A stretch of DNA of 64,000 nucleotides, taken from NCBI GenBank assembly GCA_965222375.1, contig CBDCTZ010000014.1:224001-288000 (forward strand), read 5' to 3'. The notes under the pieces are model-generated. The model ran no database searches. It was not told the origin of the DNA and was given only the letters and a program-made list of their open reading frames with translations. Below are positions 1-9,344 of the stretch, one piece after another (position 1 is the first letter of the stretch; each line of letters begins with the position of its first letter). A program made the position numbers and the translations under genes. This DNA is from Polyangiaceae bacterium. GTDB taxonomy: Bacteria > Myxococcota_A > Polyangia > Polyangiales > Polyangiaceae.

Positions 1-247
1 TGTCGGGCCCAACGGCGCCGGCGCGAAACTCCAGCGGGTGGTTGCGGATCGCGTCGGCGTCTTCTTGGCTCAGGGTGACGCTGAAGGTGCCGAAGCGCAG
101 GGGTACATCGTTGGTGCCACTCGCGATCAGTGAATCCCTCAAGTCATTGGCCAGAGCGATGTGCACTCGAGTACTGAATGCATCCGCATCGCCCGAGGCC
201 GTTAGCAACAAACCACCCAGCGCCGCTCCTAGCACTCGCTTAAGCAT
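1..247 (-). CDS. Secreted zinc-dependent phospholipase C family protein (5' part; runs off the window edge)
   Basis: Not in the ORF track. Manual translation from ATG 247: MLKRVLGAALGGLLLTASGDADA-FSTRVH...HPLEFRAGAVGPD. Signal peptide, early His and GAxxPD motif are typical of the Zn-dependent PLC/S1-P1 fold. Confidence 0.6.
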   Translation of the reverse strand, partial: MLKRVLGAALGGLLLTASGDADAFSTRVHIALANDLRDSLIASGTNDVPLRFGTFSVTLSQEDADAIRNHPLEFRAGAVGPD

Positions 248-399
248 GGCGAAGCCTATCACGTAACCTTCGAGACGCCGCTGCCTGGAGAGCTGGCGTT
301 TTCCCTGTTGACCCCGCATTTGTCAGTGTTGGCCGTGTTTTTCGGAGGATATGCCGCCATCGGCGTCATCGACGGTTCATCCCTGCGCGTGGGGCGCTT

Positions 400-460
400 T
401 CATGGCTTGCGCGGGTCCGGTCCGCCACGGGTGTTGCTGCCCGTGCACGTGCCCTTGGTG
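400..460 (-). repeat. Degenerate copy of the 3' end of the anti-sigma gene (2912-2972)
   Basis: Manual alignment gives 48/61 identical nt. Encodes KGTCTGSNTRGGPDPRKP* versus KGMCHGSSTFGGPGPRKP*. Confidence 0.8.
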
Positions 461-590
461 CGGGCCGAGTGTTTCCGCTCCGGCAGCGTCGAGCCCAAGC
501 GCATCATGGGTTCTCAGCGAGTTCTGGGGCTTGCTGCCCGTCCACGGAATCGACAAATGTGAAACCGGCGGTTCACCGGGGTCGAGATTC

Positions 591-2573
591 TCACCGGGCG
601 TTGTTTTCGCGTCGTCGTCGCCGGCGTGCCATCAGCCCCAGCCCCAGCCCGAGCCCGAGCAACGCCGCCCAGCGCGCATTGGTGTGCGTGCCCAGAGCGC
701 AGCCACATCCACCGCCAGCCAGGCTCAGGTTGCTAACCTCCGGCGTTGCGCCCGAGCCACCCGAGCCTGGAACGCCGCCGGTGCCCGAAGGAACGTCGTC
801 TGCGGGATCATTGGGATCGGTTTCGCCGACATCGACTTTGCCGTTGTGGTTGGCGTCTTCGGTGCCGTCATCCACGCCGCCGCCGTCCGTGTCGCGAAGC
901 AGGACCGACGTCGTCGTCGCAGGGTCTTCGTCGGGAACACAGTTGGCGTGGGGCTCAGGGCAATCACGGCCGGCCTCAGTGCCATCGAACAGCCCGTCCC
1001 CGTCGCTATCCGGGTCGAGGATGTTGGGCTTGCCGTCGCCGTCCGTATCGTCTGCCGGGTTGGGTTCAGCGCCGTCGAGCAAGCCATCGTGGTCGCTGTC
1101 GGGGTTGTCCGGCGCGGAACCAATGCTGATCTCCAATCCGTCGCTCAAGCCATCACCGTCGGTATCCGTGACGCTCGAGTCATCCGCTCCATTCCCGCTG
1201 GTGGGATCCGTTTCACCACCATCGACCTTGCCATTGCGGTTGAAGTCCTCCGAACCGTCGCTGACGCCACCGTCGTCGGTATCTGCATCGAGTGGATCTG
1301 TGGTGGTGGATGGATCTGCGTCCGCGATACAGTGGCCCTTTGTGGTGTCGGTGCCACTTGCACCACAGTCCTTGCCGGCTTCGGTGCCGTCGTAGAGTCC
1401 GTCGTTGTCGGCATCGGGGTCGAGGGCGTTGATCAAACCGTCCCCGTCGCTGTCCGTTCCCGGGCTCGTCTCTTCTCCATCGAGAAGGCCGTCGTCGTCA
1501 CTGTCACCATCATTGGGATCCGTGCCGATGGCAATCTCTTGCTCATCGGTCAGCCCATCGCCATCGGTATCCACAATGCCTGCGTCAGCCCCCCCTGTGC
1601 CACCAGCGCCCCCCGTGCCGCCATCGGATCCCTGCTGACACGTGTGTGAGGTTGGATCGCAGGTCTGCCCTCCTTGGCAATCCTGTGACGTCAAACACTC
1701 CACGCAGCTTCCGCTGCTCACGTCGCATTTGGGCAAGGCTGCATTGTTGCAGCTGGCGTCGCTGGTGCACTTCGCCACCGTGCAACCGTTAGCGCTGCAC
1801 TGCAGTGGATCGCTCGCAAGCTCCCCCAGCCCTGGCGCTTGGGTATAGGACCCAATGACGGCGAGATCCTTCGTCAGCGTCTGGCCATTGGCGCTCGACC
1901 CACAAATGAAGACCAGCGGGCCCGAAAGCTCGGTGCTGAGGCTCGCTTTCGCTCCCGTGAGATCACCAATCGAGTACGCCCAGTCGACGAAGAAGTCTGC
2001 ATCCACCGCTGGACTTCCGAACGTTCCCGGGTCGATCTTCACTACCCGATAGTTCTCGGGCGTTTGCGGGGATAGGTACTGAAGAACGTTGGTTTCCGCG
2101 TTGTCGGTGACGCCATTGGAGTTGGGCGTCGAGTTGTGCCACCACTGAACCGCGTCCTTGCCCGAGACACCAACGCCGTTGGCCATGGCCAAATACTCGT
2201 AGGCCGTGAGGTCGGAATCGACGTCGATCGCGCAGCCCCAGCCGAAGGGCGCAAGCTCCGTTCCCGGATTGTTCAACGGCGTCTCGTCTACACGCAGGCG
2301 GATGTAGAAGAAGCTCGCATCACGGTGAATGTAGACCATCGGACGGGCCGCGTCGCCAACGACGTCGAAGGCGCCCTTCTCATCGCCCTCTGGGTCACCA
2401 ATGGGAACCCCGCCTCGGGTCAATGCCGTCCACTGCGCGTCTGCTGGCCAGGTGGCAGGTCCAGCTGCAAGCGCCGATCCACTCAAGCAGACCGTCAGGC
2501 CCATGCCAGCCAACGCCAATGCTCGGCGGCGGCTCCCAACGAAGAAGTCGACGCGATAAGCAAGTTCCACCAT
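591..2573 (-). CDS. MYXO-CTERM surface protein with Ca-binding TSP3-like (DxDxDG) repeats and a Cys-rich segment
   Basis: Signal peptide, many DTDGDGLxDG repeats in two duplicated blocks, and a C-terminal GGGCGC + hydrophobic helix + RRRRRR. Start codon uncertain. Confidence 0.85.
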   Translation of the reverse strand: MVELAYRVDFFVGSRRRALALAGMGLTVCLSGSALAAGPATWPADAQWTALTRGGVPIGDPEGDEKGAFDVVGDAARPMVYIHRDASFFYIRLRVDETPLNNPGTELAPFGWGCAIDVDSDLTAYEYLAMANGVGVSGKDAVQWWHNSTPNSNGVTDNAETNVLQYLSPQTPENYRVVKIDPGTFGSPAVDADFFVDWAYSIGDLTGAKASLSTELSGPLVFICGSSANGQTLTKDLAVIGSYTQAPGLGELASDPLQCSANGCTVAKCTSDASCNNAALPKCDVSSGSCVECLTSQDCQGGQTCDPTSHTCQQGSDGGTGGAGGTGGADAGIVDTDGDGLTDEQEIAIGTDPNDGDSDDDGLLDGEETSPGTDSDGDGLINALDPDADNDGLYDGTEAGKDCGASGTDTTKGHCIADADPSTTTDPLDADTDDGGVSDGSEDFNRNGKVDGGETDPTSGNGADDSSVTDTDGDGLSDGLEISIGSAPDNPDSDHDGLLDGAEPNPADDTDGDGKPNILDPDSDGDGLFDGTEAGRDCPEPHANCVPDEDPATTTSVLLRDTDGGGVDDGTEDANHNGKVDVGETDPNDPADDVPSGTGGVPGSGGSGATPEVSNLSLAGGGCGCALGTHTNARWAALLGLGLGLGLMARRRRRRENNAR

Positions 2574-2654
2574 CGTCACGTGTCCTGTTCTCAAATCCGC
2601 AAACGTCCTGGTTCGATCCCCAGGCTCAGGTCAAGCACACAGCGTTCCAGCCTC

Positions 2655-2681
2655 ATTCGCTGGCGTAACACCGCAATTTCC
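2655..2681 (-). promoter_or_regulatory. Candidate ECF-sigma promoter GGAAAT-N16-CGAAT upstream of the MYXO-CTERM gene
   Basis: Same motif and spacing as the element upstream of the ECF sigma gene (4924-4950). Confidence 0.35.
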
Positions 2682-2911
2682 GGTGAGTCAACACGCCGAC
2701 GTGGCTGGCCGGTGTCGTATCGTGCCCACGGACTGGTGTAGCATGTAGACGACAGGGTCGAGCCGGGCCGAGCGAATTCCGCCATGCGGTCCCAGCTCCA
2801 GTGGTTGGTGCGAACTTTGGGTGAGGGGCTCTTGCGAGCTGCAGCGAGGTGTCATGGGTCCGCCTGGCTCGCAAGCATCGCAGCGGCTCGGCTTCGGCCT
2901 GACGACAATGT

Positions 2912-4288
2912 TCAGGGCTTGCGCGGCCCCGGTCCGCCGAAGGTGCTGCTGCCATGGCACATACCCTTGGCGTATGCCAAACGCGCTGCTTCTTCAGGGC
3001 CAAAGCTCTCTGCGAGGTCTTTTTCGAAGTCCTTCATCTCACCAGTGAGTGCCGTGAACAGTTTGAACACAGGGTGCTTGGCCACTGCGGGGTCGGCTTC
3101 TGCGCGGGTTCCGGCACGCACCTCCGCAACCTGACGCATCGCTTCGCTCGCCCCTTTGCTATCGGTGCGGCGCGCCATGTCGACCACGACATGGGTGCAG
3201 GTGTCCGCGCCTAGCACGTCCGCAACTTCGGCTTTGCCGATAGCCGCGATGCACAGCTCGCGCATCTGCGGCCAGATGCGCTCATGGGAGCGTTGATAGC
3301 TGGCCCGAATCGTCTCGGCATCTCCGGGCGCGAGGCCCAGCTTGTCGAGGTGCTTGGGCCCGGGCGTCCATCCCTCCTGCTTCAGGCATGGCACCCGGTA
3401 CTTGATGGTTCCTGTCTTGGCCAACTCGACCCAGTCGTTCTGATCCAGATCAAATTCGTTGCGATCACGAGGTGGCTTGCCATCCGTACGCCGCGCGAGC
3501 TCGGTCTGCGCGCTGACCAGCTGCTCTTCCAGCTTGCCCTTTTCTTTTTCCAAGCCCCGCAGCTTGCGGTTCAGGTTGGCGATGTCACCCGCCAAGGCGT
3601 CGTTGGCTCGGGATAAGTCCAGCTTGTCTTTGTCGCCGCCGGCTTCTTCGAGAGCGGCCTCGGCGCTGCTCAGTTCGTCGGCCTCGAGCTTTTTCGCGCC
3701 TTCGGGCCCGATGCTGCCACTTTCGCCTGCACCCAGGGTGACCCGCTCCTTCGCCCCGAGCAGCTGAACCTTGCCCTCGTATACCGTCACCACGGCGATT
3801 GCGGCGATGGCTGCCCCCGCCGATGCCGCCAAGAGTTGCTTCTTCATCTTCTTGTCTCCGGCTCTGGGCGAATTGCCCACCTGCACCCGGAAACACGTGC
3901 CAAGCACCTCGATGGTTCCCGCCGGCGTGTTGACCGAGAACTTTTCTCCCGGCTCGACCCGATAGAAGACGTCTCCCGTCGGCTGCTCCACGACGTCCCC
4001 GCGCCACGCGATCCGCGCGCCGGCCTCGAGCACCGCCTTGGCGCGATCGGCCACGCGCACTTCCATGCGCTGCTCGGCGCTGGCGCTTCCCGGCTTCGGG
4101 CCCCGCAACATGGGCCAGGTCACGACGAGGAGCGCCGCCGCGGCAACAGCCAAGGTCGCCACGGTCGTCGCGATGCGCCGCTGTCGTCGCTTCTCCGCCC
4201 GAACGCCGGCCATGGCCACGGTGCGCTGAGCGAAGTCCGCGGGCGGAGCGTCCACGGGCCAAGCGTCCTGCAGTTTCGACTTGTCCAT
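2912..4288 (-). CDS. FecR-like anti-sigma factor with C-terminal coiled coil and Cys-containing domain
   Basis: Short N-terminal domain, TM helix, FecR motifs (FSVNTPAGTIEVLGTCFRV; VTVYEGKVQL). Overlaps the sigma gene stop codon. Confidence 0.8.
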   Translation of the reverse strand: MDKSKLQDAWPVDAPPADFAQRTVAMAGVRAEKRRQRRIATTVATLAVAAAALLVVTWPMLRGPKPGSASAEQRMEVRVADRAKAVLEAGARIAWRGDVVEQPTGDVFYRVEPGEKFSVNTPAGTIEVLGTCFRVQVGNSPRAGDKKMKKQLLAASAGAAIAAIAVVTVYEGKVQLLGAKERVTLGAGESGSIGPEGAKKLEADELSSAEAALEEAGGDKDKLDLSRANDALAGDIANLNRKLRGLEKEKGKLEEQLVSAQTELARRTDGKPPRDRNEFDLDQNDWVELAKTGTIKYRVPCLKQEGWTPGPKHLDKLGLAPGDAETIRASYQRSHERIWPQMRELCIAAIGKAEVADVLGADTCTHVVVDMARRTDSKGASEAMRQVAEVRAGTRAEADPAVAKHPVFKLFTALTGEMKDFEKDLAESFGPEEAARLAYAKGMCHGSSTFGGPGPRKP

Positions 4289-4890
4289 CAGGAGACCTCC
4301 TTGAATTCGGCGAGGGCGTCTTCCAGCTTCTTCCGGGCCCGAAACACCCGGGTCTTCGCCGTAGCGGCGGGAATGTCCAAGGCGTCGCCCACCTCCGGCA
4401 AGCTCAGGCCGTGCATTTCGAAGAGTACGAAGGCTGCGCGCTGGTCGACGGGCAAGTCCCCCAGGGCGGACTGGATCGCACGCCGCACTCGCGACAGCTC
4501 CGCCTGGCGCTCCGGGGTGTCCGAGTGCATCCCTTCTTCTTCTTCCAAGGACTTGGTGAAGACGCGCTCGGCAACGCGGCGCTTGCGCACGGCATCGATC
4601 GCAGTGCGGGTCGCGATCGTGAACAGCCAGGTCGACAGCTTGGCGGAGCCCTCCGGGTCGAAGCCGGGCAATGCACGGAATGCTTTCAAGAACGTCTCTT
4701 GGGCCAGGTCCTCCACGTGCGGACCTCGACCGAGCACCCGGGAAAGCAGCGCGAACACCGGCCGCTCGAAGCGGACCACGAACGCTCGGAAGGCAAGGGG
4801 GTCGCCCTCGCTGCAGCGCTGCAGCACGCCTGGCTCGAGTTCAGTCTCGGTCTTCCGCGGGTCCGGCGCGGCCATGGGAAACGCCATCAT
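4288..4890 (-). CDS. ECF RNA polymerase sigma factor
   Basis: EDLAQETFLKAFR, STWLFTIA and region 4 HTH (LSLPEVGDALDIPAATAKTRVFRAR). Confidence 0.93.
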   Translation of the reverse strand: MMAFPMAAPDPRKTETELEPGVLQRCSEGDPLAFRAFVVRFERPVFALLSRVLGRGPHVEDLAQETFLKAFRALPGFDPEGSAKLSTWLFTIATRTAIDAVRKRRVAERVFTKSLEEEEGMHSDTPERQAELSRVRRAIQSALGDLPVDQRAAFVLFEMHGLSLPEVGDALDIPAATAKTRVFRARKKLEDALAEFKEVS

Positions 4891-4923
4891 CGCCAACAAG
4901 TTCCACGTGTCGCGACGCAGGCG

Positions 4924-4950
4924 GTTCCGCCGAGAGCACGTTTTATTTCC
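4924..4950 (-). promoter_or_regulatory. Candidate autoregulatory ECF promoter GGAAAT-N16-GGAAC
   Basis: Lies about 35 nt upstream of the sigma start and has a matching element at 2655-2681. Confidence 0.4.
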
Positions 4951-5059
4951 AACTCCATAGATTCATTGGCGATTTTCGATCATGCCCATGCCTGGCAGCG
5001 CGCTCAATCGGCTGGGTGCTCGTCCTCCACAACGCGGGGCTCGACGCGCTAGAGTGGCG

Positions 5060-5257
5060 ATGATGTCAACGGGTGACGACGTTCAGGTCCAGAGGCTGCG
5101 CCGGATGACCTACACCGAGCGTTGGCGCGCTGCGCGAGCGCTGAATGCTTCGGCGCGCCGTCTCAAGGCCGCCTACCTTCGTCAGCTGCACCCCGACTGG
5201 ACGGACGAGAAAATCCAGCGCGAAGTCCGCCGGGCCTTCATGTATGTCCACGACTGA
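5060..5257 (+). CDS. Small helical protein, putative MenA1-like antitoxin
   Basis: 65 aa, MTYTERW...LRQLHPDWTDEKIQREVRR. Overlaps the start of the downstream nucleotidyltransferase. Confidence 0.65.
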   Translation: MMSTGDDVQVQRLRRMTYTERWRAARALNASARRLKAAYLRQLHPDWTDEKIQREVRRAFMYVHD

Positions 5258-5822
5258 AGCGCCTCCCACCGATCTCTTCCTCCTCTACGCGAGGAGGTTC
5301 GACGCGCTCGGATTGCAGTACATGGTTACGGGCAGCGTCGCCGGAATGCTGTACGGCGAGCCACGCCTCACGCACGATGTCGACATCGTGGTCGCACTTG
5401 CGCCCAGCGGAGTACCGGCGCTAGCCGCCGCATTTCCCCTCGAGGAGTTCTACTGCCCGCCCGAAGAAGTCCTGCTCGAAGAGAGCCTGCGGCCGCAACG
5501 CGGTCATATCAACTTGATCCACCACGAGACTGGCTTCAAAGCGGATGTTTACATTGCCAACCGCGATCCGCTTCATCACTGGGCCTTGGCAGAACGCAGA
5601 CCCATTCAGATCGAAGAAGAGCGGACCTGGGTCGCGCCGCCGGAGTACGTCATCATCCGTAAGCTCGAGTACTTCCGCGAGGGCGATTCAGAGAAGCACC
5701 TTCGCGATATCGCCTCTATTCTTCGAGTATCCAGCGACTTGGTGCGTTTCGAGATCGTCGACGACTGGACGGAGCGCCTCGGTCTCGCGCAAGAGTGGAA
5801 GCGAGCACGGGCGCTCGTGTAG
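5244..5822 (+). CDS. Pol-beta superfamily nucleotidyltransferase, MenT1/AbiEii-like putative toxin
   Basis: Motifs VTGSVAG...EPRLTHDVDIVV, KADVY, PEYVIIRKL and KHLRDI. Confidence 0.8.
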   Translation: MSTTEAPPTDLFLLYARRFDALGLQYMVTGSVAGMLYGEPRLTHDVDIVVALAPSGVPALAAAFPLEEFYCPPEEVLLEESLRPQRGHINLIHHETGFKADVYIANRDPLHHWALAERRPIQIEEERTWVAPPEYVIIRKLEYFREGDSEKHLRDIASILRVSSDLVRFEIVDDWTERLGLAQEWKRARALV

Positions 5823-5880
5823 CGCCGGCCCGAAACGTCCGCGCATGCGGCGCTCCGCCAACGGCCGGGCTCACGGTCGT

Positions 5881-6414
5881 TTAGGAGCCCTCTTTGGAGT
5901 TGAAGGACCCGCTGAAGGTGACGGGTTTCGCGGTGGCGTTGCCCTGGTCGCGAGCTGAGAACTCGAACCTCCCCAAGACCGAGCTGGTCGTGGAAGAATC
6001 GATCGTGAGCGTTCCAGTGACGGACGAATACGTGGTTCCCAACGTGGCTGGATCCATGATCGAAATTCCCACGAAGTCCCCGCTGGCTGGCTTGGCGTCC
6101 GTAGCGACGGCATCGACAATGTCATAGGTGCCGGCGCTGGGGGCGGCCGTCAGTGAGCTGCCAATCGAGAGGAAACTGATGTCGTGAGTCGATAGGAAAC
6201 TTAGTCCCCAGGAGCCGTCCAGGCCAGACTGGGCGACTCCGCAGAGTTCGGTCGTCGCGATGTCATCTCCGGAGATGGTGAGCGTGAACTCGCCAGGACC
6301 GCCCGAACAGACGCCGGCACCGCCGCCGCCTCCGCTGCCGCCCCCACCGCCCGAGCAAGCGGCGGCGGAGAGCGCTAGGGCGAGAGTCAATATGGAAACC
6401 TTGGGCTGTGACAT
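5881..6414 (-). CDS. Lipoprotein, beta-rich domain of unknown function
   Basis: Lipobox AAAC, Gly linker, GTLTI...GRFEFSA...GSF beta-strand pattern, GGAGG RBS. Confidence 0.75.
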   Translation of the reverse strand: MSQPKVSILTLALALSAAACSGGGGGSGGGGGAGVCSGGPGEFTLTISGDDIATTELCGVAQSGLDGSWGLSFLSTHDISFLSIGSSLTAAPSAGTYDIVDAVATDAKPASGDFVGISIMDPATLGTTYSSVTGTLTIDSSTTSSVLGRFEFSARDQGNATAKPVTFSGSFNSKEGS

Positions 6415-6721
6415 GGTGACCTCCGTTGGCTTGAAGCGATGAATTCCAGGATGCGTCGCCCCACGCCCCAGTCACGTGATCAGAACGCGAGCAGTCCATG
6501 AGCTCAGCGTCGAACTGGGTTTTCGTCAGGCGAAAAGCCTCGTTCACATCGCCAGAAGCAAGCTCTCCGCCAGCTCCGGCGCCGCGACGTCATCCTGCGC
6601 AACCTGCGCAGGTTTCAGCCTGCCTCGGTGGGCGTCGCCTCGGTTTTGCGCGGCTATTCCAGTGGCATGGGTGTTGCTCGGGAACCCGCAATTGTCCTTG
6701 CGTCAGCATCCGGAGGCTTGA

Positions 6722-8071
6722 ATGACCCACCGATTCTCTTGGGCGTACCTTTGCGCCGTAATCCTCGCCTGTTGGGGTTGCTCATCTTCCGGCGGTGGCG
6801 GCGCACCGGCGCAGGATGCCGGTGGCGACGTTCACCAAGATGCGGGCGTGTCCGCGGACGCCGCCAGCGACAGCGCGTCGAGGGACGGCTCCGATGGCGG
6901 CGTGCCTGCGGAGTCGTGCAAGATCGACACGAGCACCGACTCGGGTCAGTGGGATCCCACGTTTTACGCCGGCTGGCACAACCTGGGTGCGATGCTGTCC
7001 GACGCGGCGCGCTACTTCACGCCCGACGGCGGTGTTCTATTCGCTGGGCAAGAACGCAACAGCGTGAGCACAGGGGTCAAGAGCGGTCTCGTTCTCGTCA
7101 GCCTGGACGCTGCCGGCAAGCTCCGCGGTTCCTTTGGCAACGCCGGGATCGCACGATACGAAGATGGACACTGGCACGGCAGGGTCACCGTCTGGACGGA
7201 CCCACTGCTCCGGCCAACCCTCGTGACCAGCCGATGCAATCACCCGAGCGTCTGTGTGGAGTCATCGCTGGTCGCCTTTCGCCTGGTCCCCGGCGCGACC
7301 GCGCTGGAATCATCTTTCGGCTCAGGGGGTCAGGCTTCGCTTGCGCCAGCTGAAGGCTCTTGTGCGCTGCGAGGCAGCTCCCCAGATGGTGCGGCAGTCC
7401 TACTGTGCACAGTCGTGGGGTCGCCGAGCAAGACCCGCGGCGTCGTCATGGACGCGATGGGCAACGCCCGGGTGATGGACACGGGAACGTTTCCCCACGC
7501 TGCGGCCCCTCAAAGCGACGGAACCTGGCTGGTGCTCACCCAAGGCATCGGGGATAGTTCGGGGTTCGTCGAGCGATGGTCATCGCCGCAAGGAGCGCTG
7601 CCCGTGGTCGGCAATCATCTGAGCATTTCCGTGCCGGACGCCGGTTTCGCCAAGTTGCGAGCCATCTTCGCGGATGCAAGTGGCGCCATTCACACCATCT
7701 TGGGTACGGCTGCGGGCAACATGCGGGAGTATGTGATCGACTCGAGCGGCTCGGTGAGCTTGCTGCGACAGTTCGATCTCCCGATCTCGGAAGCCGGCGG
7801 CGCAACTCGGCTGTGCGACGGGAGGTTCGTGTTGGTCAAAGACGTCGCGTCGGGCAAGCTCGGCGTTCCGCACCTACTACGGGTGTCTCACTACGATGAT
7901 GGCGGCGCGCTCATCACGACGCGAGGAGTCAACGGCGTGACCGAGGTTCAGATCGAACAGGACATCGCCCAGGCCGGACGAATCGAGGTCGATCCCATGA
8001 CCGGACGCGTCATGGTGTTCGCCATGAGCTCCCTTGAACCCAAGCTCTGGGTTGGGCGCCTTCTGCCCTAG
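6722..8071 (+). CDS. Lipoprotein, probable beta-propeller (delta-60-like repeats)
   Basis: Lipobox CWGC, DAG linker, repeated D/ExSFGxxG motifs, GGAGG RBS. Confidence 0.7.
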   Translation: MTHRFSWAYLCAVILACWGCSSSGGGGAPAQDAGGDVHQDAGVSADAASDSASRDGSDGGVPAESCKIDTSTDSGQWDPTFYAGWHNLGAMLSDAARYFTPDGGVLFAGQERNSVSTGVKSGLVLVSLDAAGKLRGSFGNAGIARYEDGHWHGRVTVWTDPLLRPTLVTSRCNHPSVCVESSLVAFRLVPGATALESSFGSGGQASLAPAEGSCALRGSSPDGAAVLLCTVVGSPSKTRGVVMDAMGNARVMDTGTFPHAAAPQSDGTWLVLTQGIGDSSGFVERWSSPQGALPVVGNHLSISVPDAGFAKLRAIFADASGAIHTILGTAAGNMREYVIDSSGSVSLLRQFDLPISEAGGATRLCDGRFVLVKDVASGKLGVPHLLRVSHYDDGGALITTRGVNGVTEVQIEQDIAQAGRIEVDPMTGRVMVFAMSSLEPKLWVGRLLP

Positions 8072-8242
8072 GGGCGTGGGTTGCAATTCCAAAGAGGGTG
8101 CCAGAAGCGCCCCGTCGCCCCAGGGCCAAATCGCGCGCGGCGATGGCCCGCTCGTGCCTTGTCCCAGCGCGAGAGCGTTGCACGACAGATCCCGGGGTGT
8201 GTTTCGGGCCCGCGGAGTCGGATCTTGGCGCCGAGTTCCGGT

Positions 8243-8333
8243 TTGATTTTGGGGGTTGGGTCGGATTTTTCGCTCATCGATCGCCGCGCGCCAGCCGATG
8301 AGCGCCGGATCCGACCCAAACCAAAATAATCAA
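8243..8333. repeat. Long imperfect inverted repeat (~90 nt hairpin), REP/REPIN-like
   Basis: TTGATT..TTGGGTCGGAT..CGCTCATCG pairs with CGATGAGCG..ATCCGACCCAA..AATCAA. Confidence 0.8.
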
Positions 8334-8349
8334 CGATGAAAGCAGGGAG

Positions 8350-8579
8350 GGGCTCCGCCCGCGGGGTGAACTGCGGCTGGTGATTTCACCGCGAAGGGCT
8401 CCGCCCGCGGGGTGAACTGCGGCTGGTGATTTCACCGCGAAGGGCTCCGCCCGCGGGGTGAACTGCGGCTGGTGATTTCACCGCGAAGGGCTCCGCCCGC
8501 GGGGTGAACTGCGGCCGGCCATTTCACCGCAAAGGGGCTGGGCCCGTGGGTGAACTGCGGCTTGTCATTTCACCCCAAA
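8350..8579. repeat. Tandem array of five 46-bp palindromic units (3 identical, 2 degenerate)
   Basis: Unit GGGCTCCGCCCGCGGGGTGAACTGCGGCTGGTGATTTCACCGCGAA at 8350, 8396 and 8442, with variants at 8488 and 8534. All keep GGTGAA-N14-TTCACC. Confidence 0.95.
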
Positions 8580-8615
8580 CCCAAGGTTGAGCTGGGTCCC
8601 GGTTCAGTTTATGAC

Positions 8616-9188
8616 ATGCGCATGCTCAAGCGAGGCGGGGTCGTTGTTGGAGTGTTGATGCTGGCTGTGGGTTGTGGTGGTGCGCCACCGCCGAAACCAG
8701 AGCCCCCACCGCCGGCGCCGGAGCCCGCGCCGCCGCCTCCGCCGCCGGAGCCCGAAGAGCCACCGCCGGAAGAAGAGCCGGAAACACCTCCCGAGCCCGA
8801 GACCCCTCCGCCGGAGATGCCCAAGTCTTCGGCAACCATCGGTGGGGTCAGTGTCAGCGAGATCGACGCCAAGGCCATCGTCGCCGAAGTGCAGAAGCTG
8901 AAGTGGGCCCCGCAGAAGGTCGACATCAGCGGTGGCGTGGTCGGCAAGTACGAGACCATTCGCTTCGGCATCAGCAACGGCAAGATCGGCGGCAAGATCG
9001 AAATCATCCGCCGCGCTGCCATGCCCAGCGGGGGCGCCAGCATGATGTCCCCCAAGGATCAAAAGGCCATGCACGAGAAACGCGGCGCGGTCTTCCTGGA
9101 CGAAGAAGCCGACGTCCTGATCGCCATCGTCGTCGACGGCCGACCCGCCGAGGCGAAGAAGCTGCTGGCGAAGTTGGTCAAGCAGTAG
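8616..9188 (+). CDS. Pro/Glu-rich lipoprotein
   Basis: Lipobox LAVGC, PEP-rich linker, compact C-terminal domain. Confidence 0.8.
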   Translation: MRMLKRGGVVVGVLMLAVGCGGAPPPKPEPPPPAPEPAPPPPPPEPEEPPPEEEPETPPEPETPPPEMPKSSATIGGVSVSEIDAKAIVAEVQKLKWAPQKVDISGGVVGKYETIRFGISNGKIGGKIEIIRRAAMPSGGASMMSPKDQKAMHEKRGAVFLDEEADVLIAIVVDGRPAEAKKLLAKLVKQ

Positions 9189-9344
9189 CGCGTCGAATGC
9201 TCGCCCGGTAGGCGGCGAAGCGCTTGCAAGTGCTCCTAAAAGCAGCGGCTCAGGCGCGAGGAGCGTTTCCATTTCGGCGGCGATTGCGCCAACTCGCGAG
9301 CGAAACCGCGCCGGGTCCGTCGAGGAAAGCAGTGCGAGAGCATT

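Noticed and set aside
351..1649. Long plus-strand ORFs (432 aa, 308 aa)
   Set aside because: Antisense shadows of the MYXO-CTERM gene; such shadows are common throughout this high-GC window.
8350..8579. CRISPR array
   Set aside because: Units are contiguous and identical with no unique spacers, and no cas genes are in the window.
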